From the NCBI GenBank assembly GCA_965195285.1, contig CBDAFS010000031.1:32001-96000 (forward strand): a stretch of 64,000 nt of DNA, in the 5' to 3' direction. The stretch's first letter is position 1, and each line of letters opens with the position of its first letter. The position numbers and the translations under genes were made by a program. Source of the DNA: an uncultured Aminicenantes bacterium (GTDB taxonomy: Bacteria; Acidobacteriota; Aminicenantia; UBA2199). The notes under the pieces are model-generated. The model worked only from the letters and a program-made list of their open reading frames with translations, was not told the origin of the DNA and did no database searches. Below are positions 50,660 through 59,768 of the stretch, one piece after another.

Positions 50660-51060
50660 TGTTTCGGATTAAGTACAGCCGGGAAGTTACATTAAAACTA
50701 TTGTATCAAATCGATGTCCTTGACCTCGGAGAGGAGGCTGGCCGTGATATCCTTGAGAACAATTTAAATTTTTTCAAGGGCCTCAACCAGAAAGAAAAGG
50801 ATTTTATTCAAAAAATGGTGTCGCAGGTTTTATCCAACATTCGGACCATTGATGATCAAATCTCTAAGCGCCTGATCGATTGGTCATTAAAACGGCTGAC
50901 CCCGGTGGACCGGAATTTACTGAGAATGGGCATTGCAGAATCCAGTTTCAATACGGAAAAGGCCATTATCATAGATGATATCATTCGGATTTCCAAAAAA
51001 TACAGTGGTGAAGATTCCTATAAAATTATCAATGCCATTCTGGATAAAGTGATTGTATGA
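50659..51060 (+). CDS. nusB: Transcription antitermination factor NusB
   Basis: W.LKRL..VDRNLLR, IINAILDK; conserved position after ribH. Confidence 0.85.
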   Translation: MFRIKYSREVTLKLLYQIDVLDLGEEAGRDILENNLNFFKGLNQKEKDFIQKMVSQVLSNIRTIDDQISKRLIDWSLKRLTPVDRNLLRMGIAESSFNTEKAIIIDDIIRISKKYSGEDSYKIINAILDKVIV

Positions 51061-51743
51061 AGATATTTTTAATCCTTCTTTTTTTTATTTCTCCGTTGCG
51101 TCAGGTCGAGAATTTTCAGTTTTGTTTTCTGAGCCAGCAACTCGATATTTTTCCTGATTACAGCAATGGTAATTTTTCACAGAAGATATACTACCGGAAT
51201 GGAAAAACTTATCCGGAAACCAAGGGTCTGAATTTTTTCGATATCAATCTGAATTTTCGGATTTTCTTGAACCATGGATATGTATCCAGGCTGGATCCTG
51301 AAGTGCGGAAAATTCTGGTTGGCCTGCCGGTTCAATCCATGACCTTGAGAAGATTTCTAAGTCATGTGGGAGATTTTTTAAAAAAAAACATTCAATATCA
51401 GGACAATGACTTTCCACAGGATCCGGTATCGGTGCTGGTGAACGGGCGGGCCAATTGTATTGGTTATTCCGACCTTTTCAGCACGCTTTTAAACTCTGTA
51501 GGGGTTAAGAATAAATTTGTAAAAGGTTTTTATTTAAAAAAAGGGAAACAGAATAAATGGGTTCCGGTTCCCCACCGCTGGATTGAAATTTCACTTTCCA
51601 ATGGTTTTAAGTATTTTTATGATCCGCAATACCAAGATTTTTCTGCCAATTATGTGGTCATTAAGGATGGGATCGATTTTTTCAGTATTAAGAAATTTAA
51701 GGCGTATTTGATTAAAAAATCCAAAGAAATTATTAACCGGTGA
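51057..51743 (+). CDS. Transglutaminase-like domain protein, exported
   Basis: GRANCIGYS, HRWIE and YDP form a Cys-His-Asp triad. Confidence 0.8.
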   Translation: MKIFLILLFFISPLRQVENFQFCFLSQQLDIFPDYSNGNFSQKIYYRNGKTYPETKGLNFFDINLNFRIFLNHGYVSRLDPEVRKILVGLPVQSMTLRRFLSHVGDFLKKNIQYQDNDFPQDPVSVLVNGRANCIGYSDLFSTLLNSVGVKNKFVKGFYLKKGKQNKWVPVPHRWIEISLSNGFKYFYDPQYQDFSANYVVIKDGIDFFSIKKFKAYLIKKSKEIINR

Positions 51744-51750
51744 GGCGTGC

Positions 51751-53223
51751 ATGGAAGAACAATTCAAAATCAGATTGGAAAAACTCAAAAAACTCGAAGA
51801 AATGGGAATCGAGATATATCCATATGAATTTGAGAAAACGGATGATTTTTCCGGCATCAAATCAGAATATGCTGAAATGTCCCGGGAAGACCTGGAAAAG
51901 GTTGACCGTACATTTAAAATTGCCGGCCGTATTACGTCCATACGAAAAATGGGAAAGAGTTCTTTTTTGCATTTATTTGATGGCCAGGAAAAACTACAGG
52001 TCTATATTCGGAAGGATTTTCTTCCCAAGGCGGAATATGCGGTATTCGGATATCTGGATATCGGTGATATCATCGGTGTTCACGGAACTGTTTTCAAAAC
52101 CCACAGCAATGAACTGACCATTCTGGTTTCCCGACTGGTATTCTTGTCGAAATCATTACATCCCCTGCCTGAAAAATGGCATGGCTTGCAGGATAAGGAA
52201 CTGAGGTTCAGGCAACGCTATCTTGACCTGATTGTGAATGAAAATTCCAGAAAGAATTTTCAGGTACGGTCAGAAATTATCCAGCGCCTTCGAATGTTTT
52301 TTTATGACCGGGGCTACCGTGAAGTCGAAACCCCAATGATGCAGCCCATACCCGGGGGGGCATCTGCTCGTCCCTTTGTTACTCATCACAATGCCTTGAA
52401 TATTGATTTGTATCTCAGGGTGGCACCTGAATTGTACTTGAAACGATTGCTTATCGGTGGTCTGGAAAAGGTGTTTGAAATCAATCGGAATTTCAGAAAT
52501 GAGGGGATCTCATTGATGCACAATCCTGAATTTACCATGCTGGAATTTTATCAACTGTACCGGGATTTCAATTTCTATATGGCCTTGACCGAGGAGCTCT
52601 TTGAAATGCTGAACAGGCATTTTTCAGAGGGCAGCCAGATTCAATTCCTCGACACTGAAATATCTATGAAAGCACCCTTTAAAAGGGTCAAATTCATGGA
52701 TTTAATATCCACAGCCACCGGTGTACCACTTGAAGATCTGTGGGATGAGAAAAAAATAAGGACATTCATCGGACAGCAGGTTCCGGATGAAACCCTTCCC
52801 CCCACTTACGGTAAGATGCTGGAACTGGTTTTTGATCACTATGTGGAACCGACCCTGATGGAGCCGACTTTTGTCACCTATTATCCAAAGGTTATTTCAC
52901 CCCTCTCCAAAGTCTCCAGATTGGATAATCGGGAAACCGAACGGTTTGAATTGTACGTGGGGGGGATGGAAATCGCCAATGGTTTTTCAGAATTGAATGA
53001 TCCGGTTGATCAGAAGCAGCGGTTTGAAGATCAGCTCAGGGACCGGGAAAAGGGGGATGAAGAAGCCCAGGTCCTGGACAGTGATTTTCTGAAAGCACTG
53101 GAGTATGGTATGCCGCCCGCTGCGGGAGAAGGTATCGGTATTGATCGTCTGGTCATGCTGTATACCGGAGCCAACTCTATCAAAGAGGTTATTTTATTTC
53201 CCTTATTACGACCCAAAAAATGA
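51751..53223 (+). CDS. lysS: Lysine--tRNA ligase (class II)
   Basis: RQRYLDL, GGASARPF, APELYLKRL, FRNEG, GIGIDRL. Confidence 0.97.
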   Translation: MEEQFKIRLEKLKKLEEMGIEIYPYEFEKTDDFSGIKSEYAEMSREDLEKVDRTFKIAGRITSIRKMGKSSFLHLFDGQEKLQVYIRKDFLPKAEYAVFGYLDIGDIIGVHGTVFKTHSNELTILVSRLVFLSKSLHPLPEKWHGLQDKELRFRQRYLDLIVNENSRKNFQVRSEIIQRLRMFFYDRGYREVETPMMQPIPGGASARPFVTHHNALNIDLYLRVAPELYLKRLLIGGLEKVFEINRNFRNEGISLMHNPEFTMLEFYQLYRDFNFYMALTEELFEMLNRHFSEGSQIQFLDTEISMKAPFKRVKFMDLISTATGVPLEDLWDEKKIRTFIGQQVPDETLPPTYGKMLELVFDHYVEPTLMEPTFVTYYPKVISPLSKVSRLDNRETERFELYVGGMEIANGFSELNDPVDQKQRFEDQLRDREKGDEEAQVLDSDFLKALEYGMPPAAGEGIGIDRLVMLYTGANSIKEVILFPLLRPKK

Positions 53224-54443
53224 AATTTGAATTTTTTATAGCCCGGAGATACCTGGTTAAAGGCAGGAAAAGTTCGTTCATTTCCATTATCTCCCTGGTT
53301 TCCATCATCGGTGTAACCATCGGGGTGGCCGCCCTCATCATTGCCCTGTCATTGATCAATGGTTTTCAAAATGACATCAGAAACAAAATTCTGAGTTCGA
53401 CGGCCCATATCATGGTAAATAATATTCTGGGCGATGGACTGGATGGGTATGAGGAAATTATCCTTGATTTGAAAAAACGCTTTGATAAAATAGAAACCGC
53501 AGGTCCGGTGGTCTTCGGGACCATATTGCTTAAGGGATCTAATAGGAATACATCGGGTGCGGTTTTGCGCGGGGTTGATCTGGATTTGATCCGGGATGAG
53601 GGCTGGCAGCAAAAGCTAATGACCGGCAAGCTCCCTCTGGAAAAGAATGAAATTTTAATTGGAAAGGGACTCTCCAAGTACATGAGCCTGTACAGCGGTG
53701 ATTCCTGTTTGATCATATCACCCCAGCCAGTGCTGTCTCCCAGCGGTATTATTCCCAAGGTGAAAAAGTTTGTCATTTCGGGAATTTTCAATTCCGGATT
53801 GTATGAGGTTGACAGAGGCACCATTATTACCAATCTTGAAAACGCCCAGAAATTATTTAACCTGAAGGGTAAAATCAGCTATATTCAAATTTATTTGAAG
53901 GATTTATTTGATGCGGAAAAAGTGGCGAAGAAATTGAGGGAAATACTTCCGGTTCGTTTATCGGTGATTACCTGGAAAGAACTGAATGCCTCGCTTTATT
54001 CTGCCCTGGAAATGGAGAAAACCGTGTTGTTTTTTACCCTGACCCTGATCATTGTAGTGGCCGCTCTGAATATTATTGCCGGATTGATCCTGCTGGTGAT
54101 GCAAAAAATAAAGGATATCGGAATTTTACTTTCCTATGGAGCCACTCCTAAAATAATCAAGCGAATATTTTTTATTCAGGGCAGTATCATCGGGGTACTG
54201 GGTACCACCCTTGGGGTGGTCATCGGAGTGGTTTTTTGTTTTTTGGCCAATAAATTTGAATTAATCGGTGTCCCGGCCGGAATGGAAGAAATTTATCAAT
54301 TGAGTTATATACCCTTTAACACTTCTTTGTTTGATCTGTCGGCGGTTGTTCTGGCTTCTCTGTTGATCAGTTTTGTGGCGACCCTGATCCCATCCAAAAA
54401 AGCTGCTTCTGTGAATGTGGTGGAGGCGGTTAAGAATGAATAG
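53220..54443 (+). CDS. Lipoprotein-releasing ABC transporter permease LolC/E family
   Basis: FIARRYL, GVAALII, DIGILLSYGAT, ATLIPSKKAA. Confidence 0.9.
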   Translation: MKFEFFIARRYLVKGRKSSFISIISLVSIIGVTIGVAALIIALSLINGFQNDIRNKILSSTAHIMVNNILGDGLDGYEEIILDLKKRFDKIETAGPVVFGTILLKGSNRNTSGAVLRGVDLDLIRDEGWQQKLMTGKLPLEKNEILIGKGLSKYMSLYSGDSCLIISPQPVLSPSGIIPKVKKFVISGIFNSGLYEVDRGTIITNLENAQKLFNLKGKISYIQIYLKDLFDAEKVAKKLREILPVRLSVITWKELNASLYSALEMEKTVLFFTLTLIIVVAALNIIAGLILLVMQKIKDIGILLSYGATPKIIKRIFFIQGSIIGVLGTTLGVVIGVVFCFLANKFELIGVPAGMEEIYQLSYIPFNTSLFDLSAVVLASLLISFVATLIPSKKAASVNVVEAVKNE

Positions 54444-55605
54444 CCCGGGACCGGTTCCGGGAATTGATATTTTCAGTGATCAGGCGGCCACGGTTTTAAA
54501 AAACCGAAAAATTGCCCTGGTCACCGGCAGCTCCAATGTGGACACCTCAGGGAGACCGGTCTATTTGCAGGTCATGAAAATGGCAGGCCAACGACTGAAG
54601 GCGATCTGGTCACTTCAGCATGGCTTTTTCGTTGATCAGCAGGATAACATGATCCTCTCCCGGTCTTTTTTCTGGGAAGAAATGGGGTGTAAGGTGTTGA
54701 GCTTATACGGGGATGAGTGCCTTCCCGCCCAGGATTCCCTGAAAGATATCGATGCCCTGCTCGTGGATGTTTTTGATGTGGGAACCCGGGTCTATACTTT
54801 TTTGAATCATGTGGTCATGATCATGAAACATCTGTCCGGAAGGGCAATAGATCTGATTGTTCTGGACCGCCCCAATCCCCTGAATGGAATCGATCATGAG
54901 GGGAATATTCTGGATGAAGATCATTTCAGCCTGGTGGGCATGCTTCCGGTTCCCATGCGGCATGGCTTAACGGCCGGAGAATTTTTAAGCATGGCTTTAA
55001 CCTATTATGATATCGATATGAATTTGGAAATCGTAAAAGTTCAGAAATGGGAGCGACAGGAATATTTTAAGGGAATATGGTCCTATCCCTCTCCCAACAT
55101 GCCCTCATTGAATACGGCACTGGTTTACCCCGGAGCGGTAATCTTCGAAGCCACCAATCTTTCAGAGGGGAGGGGTACTACCAGGCCTTTTGAATTTGTC
55201 GGCAGTCCGTTTCTGGACAGCCCCAAACTGATTGATGCCCTGAAAGCGTTGAAATTAACCGGGGTTGTTTTTGTTCCGGTTTTTTTCAAGCCCGAGTTTT
55301 CCAAATATTCAGGCCAAGTGTGTCAGGGAATCCAGGTAATCCCCCAAAACCGGATTGAATTCAAAGGCTTTCAGGTGTATTATGAAATCCTCAGGTTGAT
55401 CGTTGACAGGTATCCCCGTCAATTCAGTTGGAATCCACCGCCCTACGAATTCGAATACCAGCGTTTACCCATCGATATGATCTGTGGGACTGACTTCATC
55501 AGGAAATCGCTGGAAGCGAATATGCCTTTTGAAGCCATCAAAGCGGACATTGATACCGGTATTCGGGATTACCGGGACCGGGCGGCAAATTTTTTACTGT
55601 ATTAG
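54436..55605 (+). CDS. DUF1343/NamZ family exo-beta-N-acetylmuramidase
   Basis: DVGTRVYTF, LDRPNP, RHGLTAGE, PSPNMP, SEGRGTTRPFE. Confidence 0.88.
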   Translation: MNSPGPVPGIDIFSDQAATVLKNRKIALVTGSSNVDTSGRPVYLQVMKMAGQRLKAIWSLQHGFFVDQQDNMILSRSFFWEEMGCKVLSLYGDECLPAQDSLKDIDALLVDVFDVGTRVYTFLNHVVMIMKHLSGRAIDLIVLDRPNPLNGIDHEGNILDEDHFSLVGMLPVPMRHGLTAGEFLSMALTYYDIDMNLEIVKVQKWERQEYFKGIWSYPSPNMPSLNTALVYPGAVIFEATNLSEGRGTTRPFEFVGSPFLDSPKLIDALKALKLTGVVFVPVFFKPEFSKYSGQVCQGIQVIPQNRIEFKGFQVYYEILRLIVDRYPRQFSWNPPPYEFEYQRLPIDMICGTDFIRKSLEANMPFEAIKADIDTGIRDYRDRAANFLLY

Positions 55606-55707
55606 AGGTCGGAACCGATGACTAAGGCTTTTGCTATTGAAATAAGGGCATGATTTATATACAATACCAGTCTGATCAGAAGGAGACAGGGTTTTAGGAC
55701 CGGAATC

Positions 55708-58239
55708 ATGCTCAGGGAATATTCAGTTGAAGTCTGTAATCAATTGATGGAGAGGTTTCGACATCTCCGCTTGGTCCGTCCCATGCGGATATCCCGTTAC
55801 GATGCGGGTACAGAAGTGGATTTTGATATTGTTGGTGTGGAGAAGCGGAATAAAGGTCGGGTTCGCTTTTTAGTGGAATCATTTGTAGGCGGGGGATTTG
55901 CCGGCCAGGTATACCGGGTCCGGGTAATTGGTCTGGATACCCCTGAGGGTCCCATCGGTTCCCTGAAGCTGAAGGGAAGATATGCGTTGAAAATCCTCAT
56001 CCCTGCCTCCGGTTTTGCCCGGTTTTTCCGCAATTTTTTGTACTGGATCGGGTTTCAAGGTTTTTTTCAGCATCAGGTCAATCCCGAGGCTGTCCGGGCC
56101 GGTGCCCTCTGGCAGAAATTTTTTCGAAGGGGGGCCAAACTGCGCCTGGGTGATGAAAGTATGATCAATGATGTTCAGGCCACCCTGGTGGACATAAATC
56201 TGGGCAGTTGCGGGGAGATCAGTAATTGGGTTGATGGCCGGACCTGGAAGCTGGAGGTTGATGAATGTTTGGATGTATTGAAAAGGTTTTATCGCCGCCT
56301 CCCCGTGGACCGGGAAAAACTGGGATCGCCGGAGTACCGTGCCAAAAAAAAATTTATGACTGATTTTGTCCGGTTGCTTCATGATATGGGAGGGTATGAA
56401 TTTGCCCGGCAATATGAATGGTGGACCGGTAAGAGTCAGCCCAATTGTTTGAAGCGCAATACCACTCCCTATGATCCTTCAACCGGTCTGGTCGCGGTTG
56501 ATTTCAGAGCTGGTTTGGTGCTCTTGCCTTTTTTTCCCATGAGCCCGGTCGATATCAAATTGATTTTACAAGGACTGTGGAGGAGAAGTCTGGTTCAGTT
56601 TGACCGGGGGGATATCAGTAAATTGGAAGGCTTCATCAAAAGCCATCAGGATTCGTTTGCTGATTGTCAGTCCATGCTGTGTGAACTGAAACGTTCAGAA
56701 GCAATTTACCGGAACTCTGTTCCCGATATCACCCACCATCGTTTTAGGTTGCTATACAGCCGCAAGCTGTGGTCAACGATTTTTTCCAGTGCCATTACCG
56801 GCTGGCGTATCCGGAATTTGATTGATGGGGAATATGAACCGAAGCTCCGCGACAGCAGATACAGAACCATTGGGTTTTTCATGCTGGGATTGATTCCCTT
56901 TCTGGGAGGTCTCATCAGAAAATGGATGGGAAATGGCGATTGGAAACAGCACTCTAAAAAACTGATTTCAAGCTGGAATTATTTCAAAAAGGCCCTCCGG
57001 GGGAAATGTATCGAGAAAACCATCAACTGGCATCGGAAAGGCCGAATAAATGAATTCCGGACCATGCGGATTTCGGAATCACTGGGGAGATTCAGTTTTC
57101 ATCTGGTTTTGTCGTTGTTGCCTGTCGGATTACATCGGTTTCTGTCGGACAGAGGTTTTGCACGGGAACGTCTGGCTTATTTTTTTATCAGACCGGTTAA
57201 ACTTTATTTCAATGGAAAGGTTCGGGAACAATGGCTGAAAACCATGATCATTGAGGGGAAAAAAAAGCAGATACTCAGTGAGAATGATGTCCGGGTTATC
57301 CATTCCCAGCTCAAGGAACCCTACATTCAAAAATATTTGAAAAGCCTGGCTGTCCATGTTTTTACCTTGCCCGTTACCCAGATTGTTTCGGTTCTGGTCA
57401 GCTGGATATATGTTAAAACCCATCCCGGCCTATCCGGAGCAGAAGCCATGGCCGCGGTGGCCACAATTCTGGTTCTGTTCCAGATCACCCCCATTTCACC
57501 CGGATCCCTGGTTAGGGGACTCTATGTGTTGTTTCTGGTCATAAAGGAACGAAATTTCAAAGACTATAACATTGCCATTTTCTTAAGTTTTTTTAAATAT
57601 ATCGGTTATCTGGCTTTTCCGATTCAGATGACCTACTACTATCCTGAATTGGCCAGGTTTATGGCTGGCCATTGGGCAACCGAAGCGGTCCATCATATTC
57701 CGGTTTTTGGTGAAAGAGGAGCTCTGCTGGAACACTGGGTTTTTAATTTATTCTACAACTGGCCCCTGACTATCCGCCGTCGAATGAGGAAAATAGCCGA
57801 GATCAGGCAGAAACAAAAATCCAGATACTGGCATACCGGTTTGATAGCCATAATTGGGGCGGGCATTTTCGGATTGGCTGATCATTTTTACCTGGTGCTG
57901 GCCGGGACCATGCCCGGATTTAAAGATCTCTGGTGGTTCATGTTTATTTTACCTTTTATTTCCGGGATGATCCTGACCAGGGGCAGTGGTGGTGCCAAGC
58001 TGTCAAAAAGGGTTGTGTCCGCGGCGATATGCGGAATTTTTTTGGGTTTGTTTTACACTCTGATTTCTGTTTTTTTTGGCCAGGCTATCGGAATTTTCCC
58101 GGGTGAATGGATTACGGCCGGAACCTGGAGGATATTCATTTTTTCAATTATGGCTGTTCTCGGAGTCCTGTATTTTGAGTTGAGACTGCCGGATCCGGAA
58201 TTGAAATCAATATCCGAAAGAATATCAGTTCAGTCTTGA
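55708..58239 (+). CDS. Hypothetical membrane protein with N-terminal protein-kinase-like domain
   Basis: GGGFAGQVY, YALKIL, KSQPN, VAVDF; several hydrophobic segments in the C-terminal half. Confidence 0.75.
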   Translation: MLREYSVEVCNQLMERFRHLRLVRPMRISRYDAGTEVDFDIVGVEKRNKGRVRFLVESFVGGGFAGQVYRVRVIGLDTPEGPIGSLKLKGRYALKILIPASGFARFFRNFLYWIGFQGFFQHQVNPEAVRAGALWQKFFRRGAKLRLGDESMINDVQATLVDINLGSCGEISNWVDGRTWKLEVDECLDVLKRFYRRLPVDREKLGSPEYRAKKKFMTDFVRLLHDMGGYEFARQYEWWTGKSQPNCLKRNTTPYDPSTGLVAVDFRAGLVLLPFFPMSPVDIKLILQGLWRRSLVQFDRGDISKLEGFIKSHQDSFADCQSMLCELKRSEAIYRNSVPDITHHRFRLLYSRKLWSTIFSSAITGWRIRNLIDGEYEPKLRDSRYRTIGFFMLGLIPFLGGLIRKWMGNGDWKQHSKKLISSWNYFKKALRGKCIEKTINWHRKGRINEFRTMRISESLGRFSFHLVLSLLPVGLHRFLSDRGFARERLAYFFIRPVKLYFNGKVREQWLKTMIIEGKKKQILSENDVRVIHSQLKEPYIQKYLKSLAVHVFTLPVTQIVSVLVSWIYVKTHPGLSGAEAMAAVATILVLFQITPISPGSLVRGLYVLFLVIKERNFKDYNIAIFLSFFKYIGYLAFPIQMTYYYPELARFMAGHWATEAVHHIPVFGERGALLEHWVFNLFYNWPLTIRRRMRKIAEIRQKQKSRYWHTGLIAIIGAGIFGLADHFYLVLAGTMPGFKDLWWFMFILPFISGMILTRGSGGAKLSKRVVSAAICGIFLGLFYTLISVFFGQAIGIFPGEWITAGTWRIFIFSIMAVLGVLYFELRLPDPELKSISERISVQS

Positions 58240-59609
58240 ATACTTTCAATATGGGCTTTGATGGAACGCAACACCGGATCAACCGTATTTTGAATTTCAG
58301 CCAAATGGTCCCGACTGTCGGCTTCGTATCGAACCACCAGTGCTGGCTGGGTATTGGATGCCCTGACCAGGGCCCATCCGTTAGGGAACTTAATCCTGGC
58401 CCCGTCAATGTCTATGACTTCATGATTCTTTTTGAAATGGGATACGATCCGGGCAACAATTTTGAATTTGGCTGTCTCGGTTGTATCAATTCGAATTTCC
58501 GGAGTATTGACTGCTTTGGGGATTTCCCGAATAATATCGGTGAATGATTTTTCCGAATGGCTGAGGATTTCCAGAAGCCTGGCTCCTGAATAAACAGCGT
58601 CATCGAAACCATACCAGCGATCATTAAAGAATATGTGGCCACTCATTTCGCCGGCAAAAATGGCATTTTCTTCCACTATTTTTTTCTTGATCAGTGAATG
58701 TCCGGTTTTCCACATGATCGGAATACCCCCATATTTCTGGATTTGCTGGTAAAGCACTTCCGATGCCTTGACCTCGGATATAATTTTACGGCCGGGATTT
58801 TTGGCCAAAATATCCTTTGAAAAAATGATCATCAACTGGTCTCCCCAGAGAATGGTCCCTTCTTGATCCACCACACCAATCCGGTCGGCATCACCATCAA
58901 ATGCAATCCCCACATCCGCTTTCACCTCCTTGACCTTGGATATCAGGTCCCTGAGGTTTTCCGGTTTGGTGGGATCGGGATGATGATTGGGAAACCGGCC
59001 ATCCACTTCAGAAAAAATATCAATCACTTCTACCCCCATTTTTTTATATAGCGGTATAGCGGTCAAACCACCGGTTCCGTTTCCACAATCAACCACCATT
59101 TTTATTTTTTTGGATAGTTGAATATCATTCAGTATGGTGGCGATATAGTCATCTATAATATCCATTTCGGTAATGGTTCCCGGGCGTTCGGCCGGAAATT
59201 TTCCCTTGGAGGCTAGATGGTAAATTTCTTTGATCTGATCGCCTGATTGGGCTTCTTTTCCTACCAGTGCTTTGAAGCCATTGTATTCCGGGGGATTGTG
59301 GGAAGCGGTGACAATAATTCCACCATCGAGATTCATTTTGAAAACCGCATAATACATGACCGGTGTAGGCACAAGTCCGATATCCAACACATCCAGTCCG
59401 TATTTTGACAGGCCGGAAATGACCATGTCCTTTATGTGGATGGAGCTGGGCCTTCCATCCATGCCCACTGCAATCTTTTTTTTACCTTCCCGGATATATA
59501 CGGTGGCAAAAGCAGATGTGATTTTATCCACCACCTCATCCTGAAGCTCGCTGTCGACTATTCCTCTGATATCGTATTCTCTGAAGATGCTTTCTTCAAT
59601 TTGACTCAT
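58230..59609 (-). CDS. Phosphomannomutase/phosphoglucomutase (AlgC-like)
   Basis: FREYDIRG, TASHNP, FDGDADR, GEMSGH, RASNTQP; start at MSQ with AGGAGG. Confidence 0.95.
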   Translation of the reverse strand: MSQIEESIFREYDIRGIVDSELQDEVVDKITSAFATVYIREGKKKIAVGMDGRPSSIHIKDMVISGLSKYGLDVLDIGLVPTPVMYYAVFKMNLDGGIIVTASHNPPEYNGFKALVGKEAQSGDQIKEIYHLASKGKFPAERPGTITEMDIIDDYIATILNDIQLSKKIKMVVDCGNGTGGLTAIPLYKKMGVEVIDIFSEVDGRFPNHHPDPTKPENLRDLISKVKEVKADVGIAFDGDADRIGVVDQEGTILWGDQLMIIFSKDILAKNPGRKIISEVKASEVLYQQIQKYGGIPIMWKTGHSLIKKKIVEENAIFAGEMSGHIFFNDRWYGFDDAVYSGARLLEILSHSEKSFTDIIREIPKAVNTPEIRIDTTETAKFKIVARIVSHFKKNHEVIDIDGARIKFPNGWALVRASNTQPALVVRYEADSRDHLAEIQNTVDPVLRSIKAHIESIQD

Positions 59610-59732
59610 GAATCCTCCTGCCAAAACAGGAGATTATACATGACTGAACAGTTTTAGACAAATATGTGACGGTACTCTCCGCCCGATAACACTATTCCAT
59701 TCTATCCACTGATCAACCAGCCGGGCCTGGTA

Positions 59733-59761
59733 TTGTCTTTTGCAGGCTTTAATACTATAAT
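59733..59761 (+). promoter_or_regulatory. Promoter of the SpoIIE-family gene abutting the start codon
   Basis: TTGTCT-17bp-TATAAT-7nt-ATG. Confidence 0.68.
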
Positions 59762-59768
59762 ATAGTAC

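Noticed and set aside
51740-52117. 125-aa ORF overlapping the lysS start (possible frameshift)
   Set aside because: lysS is complete in its own frame from ATG 51751; no slippery-site evidence is needed
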